Shown piece after piece: positions 25,272 through 35,897 of a stretch of 64,000 bases of DNA; position 1 is the stretch's first letter; the number at the start of each line of letters is the position of its first letter. The DNA comes from an uncultured Alphaproteobacteria bacterium. GTDB lineage: Bacteria; Pseudomonadota; Alphaproteobacteria; CAAHEQ01; UBA3637. Under the pieces are notes generated by a model, which had not been told where the DNA came from, ran no database searches, and saw nothing but the letters and a program-made list of their open reading frames with translations. Where the stretch lies: positions 6,428 through 70,427 of the forward strand of contig CALXUR010000005.1 of the NCBI GenBank assembly GCA_944391735.1. Reading direction: 5' to 3'. Position numbers and translations under genes: made by a program.

Positions 25272-27301
25272 GAGGCACTCCCCTTAAAAACCAACACGCT
25301 CCAAGCCGGCACTGTTCCTTTTTCAGGTGTAAAAACAGCTTCATCGGAAGTATCCAATATCATTTTCCACCGACCGGCGGGCAGTTGCCACGCCAAAGGT
25401 TGATCGTAAGCATTAAAAATAAAGAACAAATTATCTTTTTCTCCTTGAATCCAACAGGAAACAGCCCGAACATACCCCACCCAATCGTCTTGCCGCATCG
25501 CTCGACCATCAGGACGATACCAGATAAACCCTTCCCGATCAAAAAAATCATCTTTTTCCATCACGGGATACGTCCGGCGGATACGCATTAAATCACGCAC
25601 CAAATCCTGCATACGATGTCCCGCCGGCGTTATACTTATCCAATCAATCCAGGAGTAGATATTATCCTGCGCATACGTGTTATTGTTTCCGAATGCGGTT
25701 CTTAAAATTTCATCTCCGGCCTGAATCATAGGGGTACCGAAAGACAAAAGGAGAGACGCCATCAGGCCTCTTGCCCTTTTTTCACGTAACGAAAGAATGG
25801 ATTTATCTTTCGTTTCCCCCTCAACCCCGCTGTTCCATGAATTGTTATTATCCGTTCCGTCACGATTTTCTTCACCGTTTCCCTGATTATGTTTCCAATT
25901 ATAAGAGACCAAATCCCATAATGTAAAGCCATCATGAGCCGTGATAAAATTAACGCTTTCCCAAGGTTTCCTGCCTTTTTTATCATACACGTCGGAAGAA
26001 CCGGTCATTCGGCTGGCAAAATCGGCCGCCACCCCTTCGTCCCCTTTCCAAAAACGGCGCACGGTATCCCTGAACTTGTCATTCCATTCGGCCCAACCCG
26101 GTCGAAACGCACCGACTTGATAGCCACCCCATCCCAAATCCCAAGGTTCCGCAATCAATTTCAGGCGTTGCAATGTCGGATCCTGTTGAACCGTTGCCAA
26201 AAAATCGCTGTTAATGGTATATTGATTGTTATCATCACGCGCCAGAGTTGTTGCCAAATCAAAGCGAAAGCCGTCTATTTGCATCACATCCGCCCAATAA
26301 CGCAAAGAATCCATGACCAATTGAAGCACGCGCGGATGATCCAAGTTAAAAGAATTACCGCATCCCGTTGTATCATCATAATAACGCGGATTATCTTTGT
26401 TTAAACGATAATAAACGGCATTGTCTATGCCCCGATAGCAAAGCGTTTGCCCCATTTGATTACCCTCACCCGTATGGTTATAGACAACATCCAAAATCAC
26501 TTCAATATTCGCCTCATGAAAAATACGAACCATCTCTTTAATCTCGGAAAGCCGGCGTTGAGACAGGTATAAGGCATGCGGGGACATAAAACTGATCGGG
26601 TCATATCCCCAATAATTGGTTAATCCCTTGTCCAGTAAAAAACCGTTGGTCATAAAAGCGGCTATCGGTAACAATTCAATAGCGGAAATTTCCAGACTTT
26701 TCAAATACGCCACCACTTTTGATGCACTCATCCCCGCAAAAGTGCCACGCAAAGCGGCGTCCACATCCGGATTACGAGCCGTGAATCCCTTTAAGTGCGC
26801 CTCATAAATCACTTCGGAATCCCATGTCCGTTTCGGCTTATCAACCCGTCGCCAATCATAGTCATGATCATCCGTGACAATACATTTCGGCACATACGGT
26901 GCCGAGTTGACACGACTGAAAGACAAATCACCTTGAGCAGATTCCGGACGGTATCCCAACATGGCGTTATGCCCTATGAAAGGAGCCGTCAACATTTTCG
27001 CATACGGATCCGTTAACAGCTTGTGCGGATTAAACCGATGTCCTTTTGACGGATCATACGCACCAAAAACACGATATCCATAAAGTTGACCGGGTTTCAG
27101 GCCTTTAATATAGCCATGAAAAACTTCGTCCGTATATTTCGGCAGATCAATTCTAATCTCTCCGTTTCCGTTCTTGTTAAACAAACAAACCTGGACACGT
27201 TCGGCATGTGCCGAAAACAAAGCGAAATTAACACCGTTCCCGTCAAAATTCGCACCTAACGGATAGGGTAAGCCCGGTAGAACTTCAAAATCATGTTTCA
27301 T
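25268..27301 (-). CDS. glgX: Glycogen debranching enzyme
   Basis: NYWGYDP, DVVYNHTGEG, DGFRFDLA, AEPWD, NFITAHDGFTL. Confidence 0.95.
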   Translation of the reverse strand: MKHDFEVLPGLPYPLGANFDGNGVNFALFSAHAERVQVCLFNKNGNGEIRIDLPKYTDEVFHGYIKGLKPGQLYGYRVFGAYDPSKGHRFNPHKLLTDPYAKMLTAPFIGHNAMLGYRPESAQGDLSFSRVNSAPYVPKCIVTDDHDYDWRRVDKPKRTWDSEVIYEAHLKGFTARNPDVDAALRGTFAGMSASKVVAYLKSLEISAIELLPIAAFMTNGFLLDKGLTNYWGYDPISFMSPHALYLSQRRLSEIKEMVRIFHEANIEVILDVVYNHTGEGNQMGQTLCYRGIDNAVYYRLNKDNPRYYDDTTGCGNSFNLDHPRVLQLVMDSLRYWADVMQIDGFRFDLATTLARDDNNQYTINSDFLATVQQDPTLQRLKLIAEPWDLGWGGYQVGAFRPGWAEWNDKFRDTVRRFWKGDEGVAADFASRMTGSSDVYDKKGRKPWESVNFITAHDGFTLWDLVSYNWKHNQGNGEENRDGTDNNNSWNSGVEGETKDKSILSLREKRARGLMASLLLSFGTPMIQAGDEILRTAFGNNNTYAQDNIYSWIDWISITPAGHRMQDLVRDLMRIRRTYPVMEKDDFFDREGFIWYRPDGRAMRQDDWVGYVRAVSCWIQGEKDNLFFIFNAYDQPLAWQLPAGRWKMILDTSDEAVFTPEKGTVPAWSVLVFKGSAS

Positions 27302-27313
27302 ATACTGCCTCCC

Positions 27314-29596
27314 TTATTTTTGAGTAGGGGGAAGTTGATCATCCGGACGTTCCGCTCTTGATTTGGAAGTGCCGTCCTCAACCCGTTTAAAACAAACAAC
27401 GGAAAGCGGGGGTAAAACGACCTGAAGCGCATAGGGTTTAAAATTCCAACCCGGCTCCTCCGTTTGAAGATAGCCTTCATTCAAAACATTCGATCCACCG
27501 TAACCGACCGCATCCGAATTCAAAATCTCGCGATACAATCCCGGTTCATTCACGCCGATTCGGTAATTATAACGCGGCACCGGTGTAAAGTTACAAGCAA
27601 CAACGACGATGTCCTCCGGCCGCCGACCATGGCGCATAAATGTGAAACATGAATTTTCAAAATCATTGCCGTCAATCCATTCGAATCCGCTGGATTCAAA
27701 ATCAACCTCATACAACGCCGGCGTCTGTTGATATAAATTATTTAAATCCGCAACCAACTTTTGAATACCCAGGTGTTTCGGTTGTTTTAACAAGCCCCAA
27801 TCCAAGCTGTCGGCATAACGCCACTCACTACGCACGGCCAGTTCATTACCCATAAACAACAATTTTTTACCGGGATGCATAAACAAGTAACTGTAATACA
27901 AACGTAAATTAGCAAACTTTTGCCATTCGTCACCCGGCATTTTATCAATCATCGGCCCCTTACCGTGAACAACTTCGTCATGAGACAGGGGTAAAATAAA
28001 GTTTTCCGAAAAAGCATACAGCAAGCTGAAAGTTAATTCATTATGATGATATTTTCGATAAACCGGATTTTCGGACATATAGTGCAACGTATCGTGCATC
28101 CAGCCCATATTCCACTTATAACCAAACCCCAGTCCGCCGACATAGGTCGGACGCGATACCATAGGCCAGGCAGTCGATTCTTCGGCAAAGGTCGTTGCAC
28201 CGTTTCCTTCGGCAAACACAACCTCATTCAATCGACGCAGAAAGGCTATCGCCTCTAAATTTTCCCGTCCGCCATATTGATTGGGAATCCATTCGCCCTC
28301 TTTACGGGAGTAATCCAGATATAGCATACTGGCAACGGCATCAACCCGCAGTGCGTCAATATGATATTCTTTTATCCAAAACAAAGCATTTGCAATTAAA
28401 AAGTTGGAAACCTCATTGCGACCGTAATTGTAAATTTTTGTTCCCCAATCTTTATGCTCGCCTTTACGCGGATCCGCATGTTCGTATAAAGCCGTCCCGT
28501 CAAATTCGGCCAAACCGAAAGCGTCTCTCGGAAAATGAGCCGGCACCCAATCCATAATCACACCGATACCGGCTTGGTGAAGCATATCAACCAAATATTT
28601 AAAATCATCAGGAGTTCCGTAACGGCTTGTCGGGGCATACATACCCGTTACCTGATATCCCCAAGACCCATCAAAAGGATACTCTGCAAGGGGTAAAAAT
28701 TCAACGTGCGTAAAGCCCATTTTGTTTAAATACGCGGGTAGTTCATCTGCCATTTCCCGATATGTCAGCCATCGATTTCCCTCCAGCGCATTCCGACGCC
28801 AAGACCCCAAATGAACTTCATAAACAGAAATCGGACGACTCAAATCATTTGCTTTGGTGCGACCGCCGGACAACCAACTTTCATCCTGCCATTGATACCG
28901 TTCTTTGTCAAAGACAAGGGTTCCCGTTTTGGGTCGCATTTCAAAAGCAAAACCGAACGGATCCGACTTCAACGGCATCAGACGCCCTTGAGCACCAATC
29001 AACTCATATTTATATATGTCCCACTCCCGCAATCCGGGAATAAACAGCTCCCAAATACCGGAACTGCCGCGCGGCCGCATCATATGACGCCGACCATCCC
29101 ATCCGTTAAATGTTCCCACGACACTCACCCGCTTGGCGTTCGGAGCCCAAACAGCGAAAGAAACGCCTTGAACACCTTGATGCATTATAAGATGACTGCC
29201 GAGTTTATCATAAATCTGCAGATGTTTCCCTTCCCCATATAAATACAGATCCAACTCCCCCAAAACGGGCAAAAAGCGATATGCATCCTCGGTTTCATAT
29301 ACCTGACCATCGGGCATTGTTATTTTGAAATAATAATCGAAAAAAGCAAGCTCATCCGAAATATCCAATTGAAACAAGCCCCCCTCATGGATACGGCGCA
29401 TACAACCGAGAGAGGTTCCCAAATCCCGACGCATGACCTCAACACATGCCGCCTGCGGTTGTATTGTTCTGATAAATAATACATTCTTTCCTTCAATATC
29501 ACACCTCTGATGCATACCGAGAACGGCAAACGGATCTCCTTGAAAATTTCCCGACACCAGAGCTTCGACCTGACTACTTTCTAAAATTAAACTCAT
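27314..29596 (-). CDS. glgB: 1,4-alpha-glucan branching enzyme
   Basis: FAVWAPNA, YEVHLGSW, SWGYQ, LRVDAVASM, AEEST, LSHDEVVHGK. Start at MSLI. Confidence 0.96.
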   Translation of the reverse strand: MSLILESSQVEALVSGNFQGDPFAVLGMHQRCDIEGKNVLFIRTIQPQAACVEVMRRDLGTSLGCMRRIHEGGLFQLDISDELAFFDYYFKITMPDGQVYETEDAYRFLPVLGELDLYLYGEGKHLQIYDKLGSHLIMHQGVQGVSFAVWAPNAKRVSVVGTFNGWDGRRHMMRPRGSSGIWELFIPGLREWDIYKYELIGAQGRLMPLKSDPFGFAFEMRPKTGTLVFDKERYQWQDESWLSGGRTKANDLSRPISVYEVHLGSWRRNALEGNRWLTYREMADELPAYLNKMGFTHVEFLPLAEYPFDGSWGYQVTGMYAPTSRYGTPDDFKYLVDMLHQAGIGVIMDWVPAHFPRDAFGLAEFDGTALYEHADPRKGEHKDWGTKIYNYGRNEVSNFLIANALFWIKEYHIDALRVDAVASMLYLDYSRKEGEWIPNQYGGRENLEAIAFLRRLNEVVFAEGNGATTFAEESTAWPMVSRPTYVGGLGFGYKWNMGWMHDTLHYMSENPVYRKYHHNELTFSLLYAFSENFILPLSHDEVVHGKGPMIDKMPGDEWQKFANLRLYYSYLFMHPGKKLLFMGNELAVRSEWRYADSLDWGLLKQPKHLGIQKLVADLNNLYQQTPALYEVDFESSGFEWIDGNDFENSCFTFMRHGRRPEDIVVVACNFTPVPRYNYRIGVNEPGLYREILNSDAVGYGGSNVLNEGYLQTEEPGWNFKPYALQVVLPPLSVVCFKRVEDGTSKSRAERPDDQLPPTQK

Positions 29597-29713
29597 TTTC
29601 TCCCCAATCATCCATTGTATTCCTGTTTCCTATATAGCATTGTTTTTCACAAAAAGAAAAGCAAAAAAATATTTTTCTTGCAATTTTTAAAAAAATCTTT
29701 TTAATATAGAATC

Positions 29714-30484
29714 ATGTTTGAAAAAGAATTAGAGAATATTGATTACGTCAGAAGCCATCATTTTTTATTGATTCAAGCGATTGAGTTAGCCGGTGGCGTT
29801 ATTGTTGTTTCACTCTTGCTTTGGTTTTTCATCATCCGTGATCCGTTTATTCGATGGGTATATGGCTCTTCAGGTTTCTCCCCCGAAGAAGTTTCAATGG
29901 AAATGAAACGTGTGGATCTGAAAAAAAATACGTCTCTGCAATCCTCCGTTATTCGAGGCCTTAATATCGATATCCGTATGACCTTTAAGCAAAAAATAAA
30001 TGTCAACGCAGCCGTTCTGAATATTCAAAAATACGGTTTTTGGGGAACATATGCGCGCGGTAGCCGGGGTAATGCCCTATATGATAAAATCGCACCCTAT
30101 GATGTGGCGTTAGCGTTTGGTAATGCGGGAAAAGAACAAAACTTTAACGCGCTTGCTTTTAAATCGGACTACAGATATTTTGAAGCACGGGTCAATGGTC
30201 GTTGGGAAGGCCTATTCAACGGCGATGAATTCGGAAACTATATGATCATTCCGTCCGGCAAAAATATAGAAGCCGGTCTATCCCTACTGAAAGTCGGAGA
30301 CATTGCCGAATTTGAAGGATACATAACGGAGCTTGAAAATGACTCTTCAATAAAAGAGGCATCGAACATGAAAGCGACCAATCAAGGAAAAGTCGAAATT
30401 AAAAACGGCGGAACGGTCATCCGGAAAGAAGCTGAAATCATTTATTTAACCAAGCTGAGCTTTAACGGACGCGTCTTTCAATAA
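29714..30484 (+). CDS. Hypothetical membrane-anchored protein
   Basis: 256-aa ORF with one N-terminal TM segment. Confidence 0.65.
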   Translation: MFEKELENIDYVRSHHFLLIQAIELAGGVIVVSLLLWFFIIRDPFIRWVYGSSGFSPEEVSMEMKRVDLKKNTSLQSSVIRGLNIDIRMTFKQKINVNAAVLNIQKYGFWGTYARGSRGNALYDKIAPYDVALAFGNAGKEQNFNALAFKSDYRYFEARVNGRWEGLFNGDEFGNYMIIPSGKNIEAGLSLLKVGDIAEFEGYITELENDSSIKEASNMKATNQGKVEIKNGGTVIRKEAEIIYLTKLSFNGRVFQ

Positions 30485-30620
30485 CAATTTATGAAAAACC
30501 GCCAAAAAAAGCTTGCAATCGATTTGAAAAAGTGATACAGGTTTTGAGTAAAAAAAGTCATTTTCCACAAATGACATGTGGTTTTTGTTAACGTAGAGAA
30601 AAAAAATAAAGGAACAACTA

Positions 30621-33281
30621 ATGACAAAATGGGTTTATACTTTTGGTGACGGAGCCGCTGAAGGCGACGCCAGCATGCGTAATCTGTTGGGTGGTAAAGG
30701 AGCCAACTTGGCTGAAATGAGCCGGGTTGGTGTTCCCGTTCCGCCGGGATTCACGATTACGACAGAAGTTTGTACATATTACTATGAAAATAATCATTCC
30801 TATCCGGCCGATTTAAAAGATCAGGTTATGGCGGCTCTGGCGGCTATTGAAACCAAAATGGGTAAAAAATTCGGTGATGCCGAAAACCCGTTACTGTTTT
30901 CGGTTCGTTCCGGCGCCCGCGTTTCCATGCCCGGTATGATGGATACGGTTTTGAACCTGGGCTTGAATGATGAAACAGTTAAAGGGTTAGCCAAAATTTC
31001 CGGAAACGAAAAATTCGCTTATGACAGCTATCGCCGCTTTATTCAAATGTATGGCGACGTCGTGATGGGTGTTGACTCTCATAAATTTGAAGCTGTCTTG
31101 GATCACGTCCGCGAAACAAACGGATATCAGTTTGACAACCAAATGACGGTTGAACAATTGAAAGATGTTGTTGAACAGTTTAAAAAGATTTGTGAAGACG
31201 ACGGTCATCCGTTGCCTCAAAATCCGATTGACCAATTGTGGGGCGGTATCGGTGCCGTGTTCGGATCCTGGATGGTTGATCGCGCGATTTATTATCGTAA
31301 ACTCAACAATATTCCGGGTGATTGGGGCACAGCCGTCAACGTTCAAACAATGGTTTTCGGTAACTCCGGTGACAATTCCGCGACAGGCGTTTGCTTCTCA
31401 CGCGACCCGGCAACCGGTGAAAATTATTTCTATGGTGAATACCTGAAAAATGCCCAAGGTGAAGACGTTGTGGCCGGTATCCGCACACCGCAACCGATGA
31501 CAAAGTTGGTCAAAGAACGCCGTGGCATTGATCTGCCCTGCATGGAAGAAGAATTCCCGGCTCTGTTCAAAGAATTGTCCGATATCCGCGCCAAATTGGA
31601 AGCGCACTATAAAGACATGCAGGATATGGAATTCACCATTCAGGACGGTAAACTGTGGATGTTACAGACACGTAACGGTAAACGGACGGGAACAGCTGCT
31701 TTAAAGATTGCGGTTGACATGGTTCGTGAAGGCCTGATTGATAAAGAAACAGCTATTTTGCGTGTAGAGGCAGCTCAATTGGATCAATTGCTGCACCCGA
31801 TGTTTGATAAAAACGCGAAAAAAGAAGTCATTGCAACAGGTCTTCCAGCTTCTCCGGGTGCCGCGGTCGGTGAAATCGTATTTTCCGCCGAAGATGCCGA
31901 AAAGGCAGCCGAAGAAGGTCGCAAAGTTGTATTGGTTCGTGTGGAAACATCTCCGGAAGATATTGCAGGTATGCATGTGTCACAAGGTATTTTGACGGCA
32001 CGCGGCGGTATGACATCACACGCGGCTGTTGTTGCCCGCGGAATGGGTAAGCCGTGTGTTTCCGGTGTTCCTAACCTGCGCATCGATTATGCCGCTCAAA
32101 CATTAACGGTTGACGGGGTTACGTTAAAAGCCGGAGACATGATCTCCATCGACGGAACAACAGGTCAAGTCATGGCCGGTGCGTTGAAGTTGGTTGTCCC
32201 CGAAATGGCAGGCGACTTTGGCGAATTCATGGGCTGGGTTGACAGTATCCGCAAATTACGCGTTCGCGCCAATGCGGAAACACCGACGGATGCAAAAACA
32301 GCCAAACTATTCGGTGCCGAAGGTATCGGTTTGTGCCGGACAGAACACATGTTCTTTGATCCGTCCCGTATTAACCATATGCGTGAAATGATTTTGGCAA
32401 ATAACGAGGCTGACCGTCGTAAGGCATTAGCTAAATTGTTGCCGTATCAACGTCAAGATTTTGTTGATCTGTTCACGATTATGGACGGTCTGCCCGTGAC
32501 GGTTCGTTTGTTGGATCCGCCCTTGCATGAATTCTTGCCGAACAAGCGTTCCGAGCAGGAAGAAATCGCAAAAGAGATGGGCATTTCCGTCGATGAAATC
32601 ATCGCACGGACGGCACAGTTACACGAAGCAAACCCGATGTTAGGTCTGCGTGGTTGCCGTTTGGCCATCGTCTATCCGGAAATCTGTGAAATGCAAACAC
32701 AGGCAATCATTGAAGCTGCGTTGGAAGTTTCTTCCAAGGGTATCAAGGTCATTCCGGAAATTGAAGTTCCTTTGATCACATCAAAGAAAGAATTGGAAAT
32801 CTGCAAACACATCATTGACACAACGGCTGAAAAAGTCTTTGCCGAAAAAGGCGCTAAAATCGAATATTTCGTCGGAACAATGATTGAGTTGCCGCGTGCA
32901 GCCATTTTGGCCGATGAAATCGCTGAAGTAGCTGATTTCTTTGAATTCGGAACAAACGACTTGACACAAACAACTTTGGGTATGAGCCGTGATGATGCCG
33001 GCAGCTTCTTGCCGACATTCGTTGCGAAAGGCATTTATCCGGCCGATCCGTTCCAATCTTTGGATCAAAACGGTGTTGGCAAGTTAATTGCCATGGCTTG
33101 CAAATCAGGTCGTGCGACAAAAGCAGGCTTATACCTCAGCATTTGTGGTGAACATGGTGGCGATCCGGCCTCTATTGAGTATTTAAATCAATATCTGGAC
33201 GGTGTTTCCTGTTCTCCGTATCGTGTGCCTATTGCTCGTTTGGCTGCGGCGCAAGCTGCTGTTAAAGCGAAAAAAGCTTAA
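30621..33281 (+). CDS. ppdK: Pyruvate, phosphate dikinase
   Basis: LGGKGANLAEM, SVRSGARVSMPGMMDT, GGMTSHAAVVARG, GLCRTEHMF, GTNDLTQ, CGEHGG. Confidence 0.98.
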   Translation: MTKWVYTFGDGAAEGDASMRNLLGGKGANLAEMSRVGVPVPPGFTITTEVCTYYYENNHSYPADLKDQVMAALAAIETKMGKKFGDAENPLLFSVRSGARVSMPGMMDTVLNLGLNDETVKGLAKISGNEKFAYDSYRRFIQMYGDVVMGVDSHKFEAVLDHVRETNGYQFDNQMTVEQLKDVVEQFKKICEDDGHPLPQNPIDQLWGGIGAVFGSWMVDRAIYYRKLNNIPGDWGTAVNVQTMVFGNSGDNSATGVCFSRDPATGENYFYGEYLKNAQGEDVVAGIRTPQPMTKLVKERRGIDLPCMEEEFPALFKELSDIRAKLEAHYKDMQDMEFTIQDGKLWMLQTRNGKRTGTAALKIAVDMVREGLIDKETAILRVEAAQLDQLLHPMFDKNAKKEVIATGLPASPGAAVGEIVFSAEDAEKAAEEGRKVVLVRVETSPEDIAGMHVSQGILTARGGMTSHAAVVARGMGKPCVSGVPNLRIDYAAQTLTVDGVTLKAGDMISIDGTTGQVMAGALKLVVPEMAGDFGEFMGWVDSIRKLRVRANAETPTDAKTAKLFGAEGIGLCRTEHMFFDPSRINHMREMILANNEADRRKALAKLLPYQRQDFVDLFTIMDGLPVTVRLLDPPLHEFLPNKRSEQEEIAKEMGISVDEIIARTAQLHEANPMLGLRGCRLAIVYPEICEMQTQAIIEAALEVSSKGIKVIPEIEVPLITSKKELEICKHIIDTTAEKVFAEKGAKIEYFVGTMIELPRAAILADEIAEVADFFEFGTNDLTQTTLGMSRDDAGSFLPTFVAKGIYPADPFQSLDQNGVGKLIAMACKSGRATKAGLYLSICGEHGGDPASIEYLNQYLDGVSCSPYRVPIARLAAAQAAVKAKKA

Positions 33282-33293
33282 CACGACACAAAC

Positions 33294-33329
33294 AAAACAT
33301 CCTCCTGAACCTTCAGGAGGATGTTTTTT
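33294..33329 (+). terminator. Intrinsic terminator after ppdK
   Basis: AAAACATCCTCCTGAA / TTCAGGAGGATGTTTT perfect inverted repeat. Confidence 0.85.
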
Positions 33330-33483
33330 ATAACTATTATTTTATGACCAAATACCACTTAGTCTAATAAAACAGATTAATTACTTTTTATAAGTGTTTT
33401 CTTATTTATACAAAACGCTTTCTTTTATAAAAACATACCCCGACAAACGGGGTATATAATTATAAAAGAAAGACAGAATTACG

Positions 33484-33849
33484 TTATCTTTGATTTTCCG
33501 AACGTAACTGTTCACACCAAGGACATTTAGGTGTATACGGAAAAAATTCATACAACTTTCCTTTAAAAGGGGTTAATTGATAATCCACATGAGAAACAAC
33601 CGTCTTTCTAAAAGCTTTTTGATATTCGGCTTTTTGTTCCGGTGTCAGGTTTTCTTTTTTCATATTTGCTCTTAAATACTCAATCTTCTCATGTTCATTC
33701 AAAAGACTTTGTTTGTCCCAAGAACGACCGAAAACCAATTCTCCACCCACATAAATTAACGGAGTTAACGCTGCCACAATTGTCAATTTTAATAAATTTT
33801 TTGCTATTGTGTGCCGTTTATTCTTTTTTTTCATCCCAATTTCTACCAT
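33484..33849 (-). CDS. Hypothetical membrane protein
   Basis: One TM segment; start at MVEI (RBS GAGG). Confidence 0.5.
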   Translation of the reverse strand: MVEIGMKKKNKRHTIAKNLLKLTIVAALTPLIYVGGELVFGRSWDKQSLLNEHEKIEYLRANMKKENLTPEQKAEYQKAFRKTVVSHVDYQLTPFKGKLYEFFPYTPKCPWCEQLRSENQR

Positions 33850-34122
33850 AGAACACCTCTTAAAATTAAAATCATGACATATGATATCATAAAAAAACAT
33901 TTCTGTCAACAATATTCAAGATATGTCACTTGGACACAAAATATATTCAAACCGTAACGATTTAAGGGTCAATAAAATGTTATAGATTTTATAACATAGA
34001 GGGCTATCGTCTGGCAAGGACTTTTTCGTTGAATTTCCAAGAAAGGAGCGTATTTTGGACATCTTTCCGAAAATGTAAAAAAATAATGACCGTTATTTTT
34101 TAATACTGAAAGGAAGGATTTT

Positions 34123-35214
34123 ATGACGGAAAAACAAAAGGTTACTCCAAATATGAAAGCGGCAAAAAACGAATCGGGCAAATCCATGGTGGAGATGTTA
34201 GGTGTCTTGGCTTTGATGGGATTATTGGCTATTCTGGGGGCTAAAGGGTATAATATGGCCATGGAACGCGCGATGGCGAATGAGATTATCAATGATGTCA
34301 ATAAACGCTCTCTACTTCATTCTCAACAGCTTTTGGCCGGTAGTGCTTTGGATGTTTCAGAAATGCCTGATAAAATCCGAGACATCTATCCCGTTTCTGC
34401 CGAAAAGCTCGGCGTTCAGTTCTTTACGGTCAAAGTCTCTCAAGTAGAAACGCCTGTTTGTCGTCGGATTGCTGATTTAGGCTACACCATCCCGATTCAA
34501 GTCACGGCAAATGGAACAAAGATTACACCCGACAACACCACGCCTTGCGAAAATCAAACGGGTATTGTCGAAATGGCTTTTACCTTTAACAGGACGTTGA
34601 CCCCTTGTCCGGGATGTTTGGATGACATCAGGCAATGCGCCAGCACATCCAATTGTGCCAGCGGTTACAGCTGTCAAAATGGTTTATGCGTGTGCGATGT
34701 GCCCTGTAAAAATGCGTGTTGTCCGACGGGACAACAATGCGTTAACAATACGTGCACTTCCGCCGAACTATGCGATGACGGTTTGTGTGAGGACGGCGTG
34801 TGCCTCCCCTCCGGCCTCTGCGGGTGTTATTCTTATCGTGATTGTCAGTATTTCTGTATCATTAATGATAATGATAAATTTGGAGTTTGCTCGACAACAC
34901 CTAATCAAGCACAAGGAAGTGGAACAAACGGCATTTTTTGGTCACAGGGAAATCTTAATTGGTATACGGGGAAAGATTTCTGCGATAGTTTAGGAACTCA
35001 AATGGTTAGCTTTGAAGATTTAGGATGCGTCAAAAAGGAAAGTATCATGGATTGGGACTGTTCCGAATTAAAATCAGAATTCAAAGGCAAAGGTTTTGTT
35101 TGGGTATCCAACCCAGGAACCGCTACCAACATGAAATGGCAGGTCGGAACATCACATAACGGAGTTGTTTATTCTATCGGCTATAATGGTAGAGCTTTTG
35201 CTCTTTGTAAATAA
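34123..35214 (+). CDS. Type IV pilin-like protein with Cys-rich repeats and C-terminal C-type-lectin-like domain
   Basis: Class III signal ESG|KSMVE (E5) plus a hydrophobic helix, a Cys-rich mid region, and NWYTGKDFCDSLGTQMVS...WVS...ALCK. Confidence 0.75.
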   Translation: MTEKQKVTPNMKAAKNESGKSMVEMLGVLALMGLLAILGAKGYNMAMERAMANEIINDVNKRSLLHSQQLLAGSALDVSEMPDKIRDIYPVSAEKLGVQFFTVKVSQVETPVCRRIADLGYTIPIQVTANGTKITPDNTTPCENQTGIVEMAFTFNRTLTPCPGCLDDIRQCASTSNCASGYSCQNGLCVCDVPCKNACCPTGQQCVNNTCTSAELCDDGLCEDGVCLPSGLCGCYSYRDCQYFCIINDNDKFGVCSTTPNQAQGSGTNGIFWSQGNLNWYTGKDFCDSLGTQMVSFEDLGCVKKESIMDWDCSELKSEFKGKGFVWVSNPGTATNMKWQVGTSHNGVVYSIGYNGRAFALCK

Positions 35215-35218
35215 GAAG

Positions 35219-35240
35219 AGGCTCTAACGAGCCTTTTTTT
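35219..35240 (+). terminator. Intrinsic terminator
   Basis: AGGCTC-taac-GAGCCT followed by a T-tract. Confidence 0.65.
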
Positions 35241-35802
35241 AAAATGTGTAACGAAATCCTAAATACCCTTCATGAGCACGCATTTTCAACTTCGGCCAAT
35301 CATAGAATTCTTTTTTACCCGCATCCACATAACGATACCCCACATCCACATTAATAGCACGGTTAACCGCCAATGTGAGCCCCGCTCCGGCATTCCAGGC
35401 AAACGACGACCCATCATCATCCGAAGAGGAGTGATGTCTCTTTTCAAAATCGGTATAGGCCATACCCGCCCCTACGTTAATAAACGGGCGAATAACAGAT
35501 CTTAATGGAATATCATAATATAATTGTAGCATAACACGTTGTTGCAAATAACTGTATTCACCATAATCCGCTCGGGAAGCACTGGCCCAATCCAATTCCG
35601 CACGAACATCTTTCAAACGAATACCGAACGCGGCACCGTATGTAAATACCGTATTTTTTTCTTTTGAGTGCTCCACACCATCCATTTCGGCCTCCAATCC
35701 TGTTCCGGCAAAACGAACCGCAATATACGGTCCATTATTTGTCCGTGCAAAAGCAGGGGCGGAAACCATCAATGCCATAACGGCTAAAACCCATTTTTTC
35801 AT
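35239..35802 (-). CDS. Outer-membrane beta-barrel protein (OmpA-like/opacity family)
   Basis: Signal peptide; RPFINVGAG, FAWNAGAG, VDVGYRY; terminal GFRYTF. Confidence 0.85.
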   Translation of the reverse strand: MKKWVLAVMALMVSAPAFARTNNGPYIAVRFAGTGLEAEMDGVEHSKEKNTVFTYGAAFGIRLKDVRAELDWASASRADYGEYSYLQQRVMLQLYYDIPLRSVIRPFINVGAGMAYTDFEKRHHSSSDDDGSSFAWNAGAGLTLAVNRAINVDVGYRYVDAGKKEFYDWPKLKMRAHEGYLGFRYTF

Positions 35803-35897
35803 CCCAAATCCTTTCTCTGAATTAACTATTTTCCTATGATACATATTTTTATATTCTTTTTCAAGTAAAAAAATTCCCTCCGTCAGGAGGGGATTTT

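Noticed and set aside
30987-33120. Many antisense ORFs over ppdK (also over glgB, topA, mfd, proS)
   Set aside because: Shadow ORFs caused by strong codon bias on the coding strand; no RBS or motifs.
35050-35214. Diversity-generating retroelement
   Set aside because: No reverse transcriptase or template repeat of this segment is visible in the window.
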